This document shows, in pieces, positions 58,381-64,000 of a stretch of DNA of 64,000 nucleotides. The stretch covers positions 128,001 to 192,000 of the forward strand of contig JAYKHS010000003.1 in NCBI GenBank assembly GCA_035285865.1. Reading direction: 5' to 3'. Each line of letters begins with the position of its first letter. Positions within the stretch are counted from its first letter, which is position 1. The notes under the pieces are model-generated. The model worked only from the letters and a program-made list of their open reading frames with translations. It was not told where the DNA came from and searched no databases. The position numbers and the translations under genes are program-made. Source of the DNA: Candidatus Sericytochromatia bacterium (lineage in GTDB: Bacteria; Cyanobacteriota; Sericytochromatia; S15B-MN24; VGJW01).

Positions 58381-59393
58381 GCACCACCCCCCTGCTGCAG
58401 GTTCGCAACCTCAAGAAGCACTTTCCCATCCATCGCGGCATCCTCTTCAAGAAGCAGGTGGGCGCGGTCAAAGCCGTGGACGGTCTCGACTTCGACGTCC
58501 TGCCGGGTGAGACCCTGGGTCTCGTCGGCGAATCGGGCTGTGGCAAGTCGACCACCGGCCGGCTCATCCTTCGGCTCATCGAGGCCACGTCCGGCCAGGT
58601 GATGTTCGATGGACAGGACCTGCTCCAACTGCCGCCAGACCGGATGCGCGAGATGCGAAAGCAGATGCAGATCGTGTTCCAGAATCCATACGCGTCGCTT
58701 GACCCCCGCATGACGATCGGCGACTCGATCGCCGAACCCCTCAGGGTCCATGGCGTGGGTGACGAGTCGGCCGTGCAGACCCGAGTCAAGGAGTTGCTGG
58801 AGCGCGTCGGCCTCTCCCCGACCTACTCGGGACGATATCCCCACGAGTTCTCGGGCGGACAACGCCAGCGCATCGGCATCGCCCGCGCGCTCGCCATCAA
58901 GCCGCGCTTCATCGTGGCCGACGAACCGGTCTCGGCACTCGATGTTTCGGTACAGGCTCAAGTCCTGAACCTGCTGGACGACCTTCAGGACGAGTTCGGA
59001 CTGACCTACCTCTTCATCGCGCACAACCTGGCCACCGTGCAGCACATCAGCGACCGCGTCGCCGTCATGTATCTCGGCAAGATGGTCGAGTTGGGCACAT
59101 CGGACCAGCTCTACTCCAACCCGAAGCATCCCTACACCCAGGCGCTGCTGTCGGCCGTTCCGGAACCGGATCCCACGCTCAAGCGCGAGCGCGTGATCCT
59201 GCAGGGCGACATCCCCAGCCCGGTCAATCCGCCTTCGGGCTGCCGATTCCACACGCGCTGCCCGGTTGCCATCGACCGTTGCCGCGTCGAAGACCCTGCC
59301 TTCGCCGATACCGGTTCCGGCCACATGGTCGCGTGTCACCATCACCCAGCGGTGTCCTTGCCGATGGCCGGCCTGCCCGGCTCCGTAGCCTGA
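58377..59393 (+). CDS. oppF: Oligopeptide/dipeptide ABC ATPase (OppF/DppF)
   Basis: Motifs [28 protein letters not shown] and [16 protein letters not shown]. Confidence 0.9.
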   Translation: MSTTPLLQVRNLKKHFPIHRGILFKKQVGAVKAVDGLDFDVLPGETLGLVGESGCGKSTTGRLILRLIEATSGQVMFDGQDLLQLPPDRMREMRKQMQIVFQNPYASLDPRMTIGDSIAEPLRVHGVGDESAVQTRVKELLERVGLSPTYSGRYPHEFSGGQRQRIGIARALAIKPRFIVADEPVSALDVSVQAQVLNLLDDLQDEFGLTYLFIAHNLATVQHISDRVAVMYLGKMVELGTSDQLYSNPKHPYTQALLSAVPEPDPTLKRERVILQGDIPSPVNPPSGCRFHTRCPVAIDRCRVEDPAFADTGSGHMVACHHHPAVSLPMAGLPGSVA

Positions 59394-59451
59394 GCGCCCC
59401 GCATTGCCTGCCGTCATCCATCCCCTGTCCGTCCGGAGCACCCTACCCGCT

Positions 59452-61110
59452 ATGCGCCGCGTCCTGTCCTCGCTCCTGTCCCTCGGCCTGCTGGCGGGTT
59501 GTGCCGGCAAGGGAGGCGACCAGCCTGCCAAGACCGGCGAAGGCGGCGGTGCCATGGCGCGGACCGTCGTGATCCACAACCAACAGGAACCGGAAACGCT
59601 GAACGGTGCCATTTCGAGCATGATGGCGACCGTCGACGCCATCACGCCGATCATGAGCGCGCTCATCACGGTCAACGACAAGATGGAGTACATCCCCGAC
59701 CTTGCCGAGACCGTGCCGACCCTTGAGAACAAGGGCGTCAAGCTCGAGGGCAAGGGCATGGCCGTCACCTACAAGCTGCGCAAGGCGAGCTGGCATGACG
59801 GCAAGCCCGTGACGGCGGACGACGTGAAGTTCACGTGGCAAGTCTACATGGACCCCGCAGTCAAAGCGACGAGCCGGGACGGCTACGACAAGATCAAGGC
59901 CGTGGATACCCCTGACCCTCAGACGGTCGTCGTCCATTTCAAGGAAATCTACGCCCCGTACCTCGGGCTGTTTGGCGGCATCTTCCCGCGCCACCTGCTC
60001 GAAGCCGACCTCAAGAAGCAGGACAAGCCCGGCGACAGCCACTTCAACCAATCCGCGTGGAACCGTGCCCCCGTCGGCTCCGGTGCCTTCAAGTTCAAGG
60101 AGTGGGTGCCCGGCGACCACATCACCTATGAAGCCAACTCGGCCTACTACCGCGGCAAGCCCAAGGTGGAGACGATCGTCTTCAAGATCATCCCCGACGA
60201 GAACAACGCCTATACCCAGCTCCAAGCGGGGGCGATCGACATCTACCAGAGCGCCGCGCTGACGCAGTACGACCAGCTCAAACAGATGCCCGGGGTCGTC
60301 ATTCACGAAACGCCTTCGCTCTCCTACGAGCACCTCGACTTCAATCTGGCGAATCCCGTACTCGCCGATGTGAAGGTACGCCGCGCCATCTCGATGGCCA
60401 TCAACCGCGAGGAGATCTCGGCCAAGATCTACAAGGGCCTCTACAAGCCGGCCTACAGCGACCAGTCTCCGCTGAACACGACCTACTACGAGCCTGCGGT
60501 CGAGAAGGTCTCGGGCTTCGACCCTGAAGGAGCTGGGAAACTGCTCGACGAAGCCGGGTGGACGCTGGGTGCGGACGGCTTCCGCATCAAGGACGGCAAG
60601 CCCCTGAAGCTCACCATTGCCTCGACCAGCGGCCGCAAGCCGCGGGAGCTGACGGAGCAGGTCATCAAGAGCTACTTGAAGGCCGTCGGGATCAATCTGG
60701 AGATCAACAACGTCCCGGGCCCCAAACTCTTCGGGCGGCCGGACGGCCTGCTCTACAGCGGCCAGTATGATCTGGGCCTCTATGCGTGGGTCAGCAACAT
60801 CGACCCCAATAACATCTTCCTCTGGAGCAGCAAGCAGCATCCGCCCGCTGGCCAGAACTACACCCGCTACAGCAACCCCGAGGTCGACAAGCTGACGGAA
60901 GCCGGCAACAAGACGGTCTCCACGGCCGAGCGCGCGAAGATCTACAAGCGCATCCAGCTGCTGCTCGCCCAGGATGCCCCGATGATGCCGCTGCTGGTCT
61001 GGACCACGCTCAACGTCGTCAACCAGCGGATCGAAGGCTTCAAGCCCAACCCCACGTCGGCAGGCAATCTCTGGAATTGCCACGAGTGGGCCATCAAGCA
61101 GGTCAAGTGA
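59452..61110 (+). CDS. Peptide ABC substrate-binding lipoprotein (family 5)
   Basis: Lipobox LAGC; motifs WHDGKPVTADDVKFT, PVGSGAFK and VRRAISMAINRE. Confidence 0.9.
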   Translation: MRRVLSSLLSLGLLAGCAGKGGDQPAKTGEGGGAMARTVVIHNQQEPETLNGAISSMMATVDAITPIMSALITVNDKMEYIPDLAETVPTLENKGVKLEGKGMAVTYKLRKASWHDGKPVTADDVKFTWQVYMDPAVKATSRDGYDKIKAVDTPDPQTVVVHFKEIYAPYLGLFGGIFPRHLLEADLKKQDKPGDSHFNQSAWNRAPVGSGAFKFKEWVPGDHITYEANSAYYRGKPKVETIVFKIIPDENNAYTQLQAGAIDIYQSAALTQYDQLKQMPGVVIHETPSLSYEHLDFNLANPVLADVKVRRAISMAINREEISAKIYKGLYKPAYSDQSPLNTTYYEPAVEKVSGFDPEGAGKLLDEAGWTLGADGFRIKDGKPLKLTIASTSGRKPRELTEQVIKSYLKAVGINLEINNVPGPKLFGRPDGLLYSGQYDLGLYAWVSNIDPNNIFLWSSKQHPPAGQNYTRYSNPEVDKLTEAGNKTVSTAERAKIYKRIQLLLAQDAPMMPLLVWTTLNVVNQRIEGFKPNPTSAGNLWNCHEWAIKQVK

Positions 61111-61114
61111 CGCC

Positions 61115-62065
61115 ATGGGGGCCTACATCCTGCGCCGGCTGCTGACCAGCCTGCCCCTGCTGCTGGGCGTCACCCTGCTCCTGTTCTGCATCATGCACCT
61201 GATGCCCGGGGGCCCCTTGGCCGCCTACACCCAGAACCCCCGGGTAAGACCAGAGGATCTGGAGAAGATCAAGCACATCATGGGTCTGGACCAGCCCCTG
61301 TACATGCAGTACCTCTATTGGCTCAGATCCCTGCTCACAGGCAACCTCGGCAACTCGCTCTTCACCGGACAGGCCGTCACGGAGATGATTGCCTCATTCC
61401 TGCCCAACACCCTGGTGCTGATGGGAACGTCCTTCGTCGTGTCGCTGGCCATCGGCGTGTTCCTCGGCGTCATGAGCGCCGTCAAGCAGTACACGCCCTT
61501 CGACTTCGGCGTTACGACCTTCGCCTTCATCGGCTACAGCCTGCCGGTCTTCTGGTTCGGTGTGATGCTGCTGCTGCTTTTCGCAGCCCAGCTCAAGTGG
61601 CTGCCTTCCGGCGGCGTCCATGATCTGGGCGAGACCGGCCTGCTCGACTTGCTTGAGCACCTGGTGCTGCCGGTCACCATGCTCTCGATCGTCTCGGTGG
61701 CCTCCTGGAGTCGCTACATGCGCAGTTCGATGCTCGAGGTCATCCGCCAGGAATACGTGCGGACGGCGAGGGCCAAAGGCCTTGACGAGTTTCGCGTCAT
61801 TGGTCGGCACGCCTTCCGCAACGCCTTGGTGCCCGTGGTGACCATCATCGCTCTGGCGCTGCCCGGCATCTTCGGCGGAGCCATCATGACCGAGACGATT
61901 TTCGCCTGGCCCGGCATTGGCCGACTGTTCTTCGATTCGCTGGGCCGCAGCGACTACCCCGTCATCATGGCCATTCTCACCATCTCCGCCGCGCTGGTCG
62001 TCGTGTCCAACATCCTGGCCGACATCGCCTACGCGGCCCTCGACCCGCGCATCCGATACGACTGA
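61115..62065 (+). CDS. oppB: Peptide ABC permease (OppB/DppB)
   Basis: Motifs GLDQPL, YVRTARAKG, ETIFAWPGIG and LDPRIR. Confidence 0.92.
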   Translation: MGAYILRRLLTSLPLLLGVTLLLFCIMHLMPGGPLAAYTQNPRVRPEDLEKIKHIMGLDQPLYMQYLYWLRSLLTGNLGNSLFTGQAVTEMIASFLPNTLVLMGTSFVVSLAIGVFLGVMSAVKQYTPFDFGVTTFAFIGYSLPVFWFGVMLLLLFAAQLKWLPSGGVHDLGETGLLDLLEHLVLPVTMLSIVSVASWSRYMRSSMLEVIRQEYVRTARAKGLDEFRVIGRHAFRNALVPVVTIIALALPGIFGGAIMTETIFAWPGIGRLFFDSLGRSDYPVIMAILTISAALVVVSNILADIAYAALDPRIRYD

Positions 62066-62075
62066 GGGTCCCGCT

Positions 62076-63008
62076 TTGGCCACCGCAACCGCTCCACGTG
62101 ACGCCCGGTCGGGCGCGACGCTACCCCCGCCGGAAAGCTTCGGGGCCATGGTCCTGCGGCGCTTCCTCAAGCATCGCCTGGCCGTAACCTCGACGGTCAT
62201 GTTGGTGTTGCTTGTCCTCGGGTCCATCGTCGGTCCTTGGTTCCTGCCAGCCTATGATGCCCAGGACCTCTCCAACACCAACCAGCTGATGCCCACGCTG
62301 GCCCATCCGCTGGGTACGGACGAACTGGGGCAGGACGTCTTGGCCCGCCTGCTCTATGCCGGTCGTATCTCCTTGTTCGTCGGCCTGTCCGCAGCCGTGC
62401 TGGGCGTGCTCATCGGCACGCTCATCGGCGCGCTTACAGGCTACTTCGGCAAGTGGATCGACACCTTGGGGATGCGTCTTACGGACATGTTCCTCTGCAT
62501 CCCGCTGCTGATGTTGCTGCTGGTCCTTTCCAACTTCACGCGAGGCAAGACACTGGTTCCCTTCGTGGCTCCTGAACTGCAGCAACTCGCCCTCATCGCC
62601 GTGATCATCGGTGCCAGTTCGTGGATGGGCGTCGCCCGCCTGGTCCGCGGCGAATTTCTCTCTCTGCGCGAACAGGAGTTCGTCGAAGCCTCGCGGTCCG
62701 TGGGTGGCAAGTCTGCGTGGATCATCACGCGGCATCTGATTCCCAATGCCATGGCACCCATCTTCGTCGCGGCCACGCTTCAGGTAGGCGAAGCCATCAT
62801 TCTCGAGAGTGGCCTCTCCTTCCTGGGGATGGGCATCCAGCCGCCCGTTCCCAGCTGGGGCAACATGCTGAGCAATGCCCAGCAGTACATGATCGCGACG
62901 CCTTGGCTCGCTGTTTATCCCGGCATCATGATCTTCCTGACGGTCGTCTCGATCAACTTCATCGGCGACGGTCTTCGGGATGCCCTGGATCCCAAGCTGA
63001 AGTCCTGA
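62076..63008 (+). CDS. oppC: Peptide ABC permease (OppC/DppC)
   Basis: Motifs HPLGTDELGQD, EFVEASRSVG, SWGNML and GDGLRDALDP. TTG start assumed. Confidence 0.9.
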   Translation: MATATAPRDARSGATLPPPESFGAMVLRRFLKHRLAVTSTVMLVLLVLGSIVGPWFLPAYDAQDLSNTNQLMPTLAHPLGTDELGQDVLARLLYAGRISLFVGLSAAVLGVLIGTLIGALTGYFGKWIDTLGMRLTDMFLCIPLLMLLLVLSNFTRGKTLVPFVAPELQQLALIAVIIGASSWMGVARLVRGEFLSLREQEFVEASRSVGGKSAWIITRHLIPNAMAPIFVAATLQVGEAIILESGLSFLGMGIQPPVPSWGNMLSNAQQYMIATPWLAVYPGIMIFLTVVSINFIGDGLRDALDPKLKS

Positions 63009-63033
63009 CCCGGCTCTGTCCAAGGAGGCCCCC

Positions 63034-64000
63034 TTGCCACCAGCCATTGTCTTCCTCGGGGGAGCGCGCACGCCCTTCCTTGAATTCGGCGGTCAGGGCC
63101 GCGACTTGTCTCCGACCGATCTGGGGGTCATCGCCGCCGAGGGTGCGCTGGCACGCGCCCAGGTTTCGGCGTCTGACATCCAGAATGTCGTCATCGGCAA
63201 CGTCGTGCATTGCAAGGAAGACGCGGCCTATCTCGCCCGCCACGTCGGCCTGCGCGCAGGGGTGCCCATCGAGACTCCGGCGCTGACCGTCAATCGCCTC
63301 TGTGGTTCCGGCCTGCAAGCCATCATCACGGGTGCCCAGGAAATGCTGCTCGAAGAGTCGGAGAACGTCCTCGCTGGAGGCACCGAGAGCCTGAGCACGG
63401 CGCCCTACGTCGTGCCACGAGCGCGCTGGGGCAATGCCATGAACGCCATGCCGCTGGTCGACACGCTGTGGTCGGCCCTGACGGATTCTTTCTGCAAGAC
63501 CCCGATGGCCATCACGGCCGAAAACCTCGCTGACAAGTACGGCATCTCGCGAGAGGAGCAAGATGCCTTTGCCCTCGCGTCCCACGCGAAGGCCCATGCA
63601 TCGCAGGCCGCGCTCGCCCGGGAGATCGTGCCCGTCCGGATTGCCGGACGCAAGGGAGAAATTGAGCTCTCGACCGATGAGCACGTGCGCGGCGACGCCA
63701 CGACGGAAGGGCTGGCCCGGCTGCCGGCGCGCTTCCGTGACAACGGGACGGTCACTGCCGGCAACGCCAGCGGCATCAATGACGGGGCTGCCGCGATCGT
63801 GATGGCGACGGATGCGTGGGCATCACGTCAGGGACTTGTCCCCTGGGCCACGCTGACCAGCTGGGCCGTAGCCGGTGTCGAGCCCGCCTACATGGGCTAT
63901 GGACCGGTCCCGGCCAGCCAGAAAGCGCTCGCACGGGCAGGCCTCGGGCTGGAGGACATGGCGGTCGTCGAGATCAACGAAGCATTCGCCGCCCAGGCGC
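63034..64000 (+). CDS. Acetyl-CoA C-acyltransferase (thiolase), truncated at the window end
   Basis: Missing from the ORF track because it has no stop. AAGGAGG RBS and TTG start; reads ARTPF, TVNRLCGSG (catalytic Cys), TAGNASGINDGAAA and EINEAFAAQ. Confidence 0.92.
   Translation, partial: MPPAIVFLGGARTPFLEFGGQGRDLSPTDLGVIAAEGALARAQVSASDIQNVVIGNVVHCKEDAAYLARHVGLRAGVPIETPALTVNRLCGSGLQAIITGAQEMLLEESENVLAGGTESLSTAPYVVPRARWGNAMNAMPLVDTLWSALTDSFCKTPMAITAENLADKYGISREEQDAFALASHAKAHASQAALAREIVPVRIAGRKGEIELSTDEHVRGDATTEGLARLPARFRDNGTVTAGNASGINDGAAAIVMATDAWASRQGLVPWATLTSWAVAGVEPAYMGYGPVPASQKALARAGLGLEDMAVVEINEAFAAQA

Overview
High-GC bacterial chromosomal window made mostly of housekeeping genes. I saw no CRISPR array, integrase, transposase or prophage. 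Contents in order: tdh; a cyanophycin cphB-cphA pair; a PAS-type histidine kinase; glpD-like and lipB genes; tyrS coupled to a PdtaS/PdtaR(EutW/EutV)-like ANTAR two-component system; citrate synthase and mdh flanking two unknown genes; an MFS transporter; a clan GH-A hydrolase / ABC exporter / class III adenylate cyclase cluster; uvrC-M23 peptidase-ctpA; four unknown lipoproteins around a gltP-like symporter; etfBA; tRNA-Leu(CAG); a complete nuoA-N operon with fused nuoCD; Nudix, DnaQ-like exonuclease, lipoprotein and endonuclease V-like genes; an orphan pilC/gspF-like gene; uvrA; an opp/dpp peptide ABC system; and a truncated thiolase. The most unusual items are: (1) two tandem paralogous lipoproteins that share two conserved blocks around a variable Gly/Trp/Arg low-complexity insert; (2) an EndoV homologue whose catalytic positions appear substituted; (3) an unknown protein with a PD-(D/E)xK-like 'PD...EIET' motif between gltA and mdh; (4) a CtpA with an OmpA-like C-terminal extension; (5) small unknown proteins behind sigma28-like promoters; (6) repeated signs of leaderless transcription. 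Some features suggest a non-photosynthetic relative of Cyanobacteria such as Ca. Sericytochromatia, but this is unverified inference. Start codons were picked by eye and no database searches were run.
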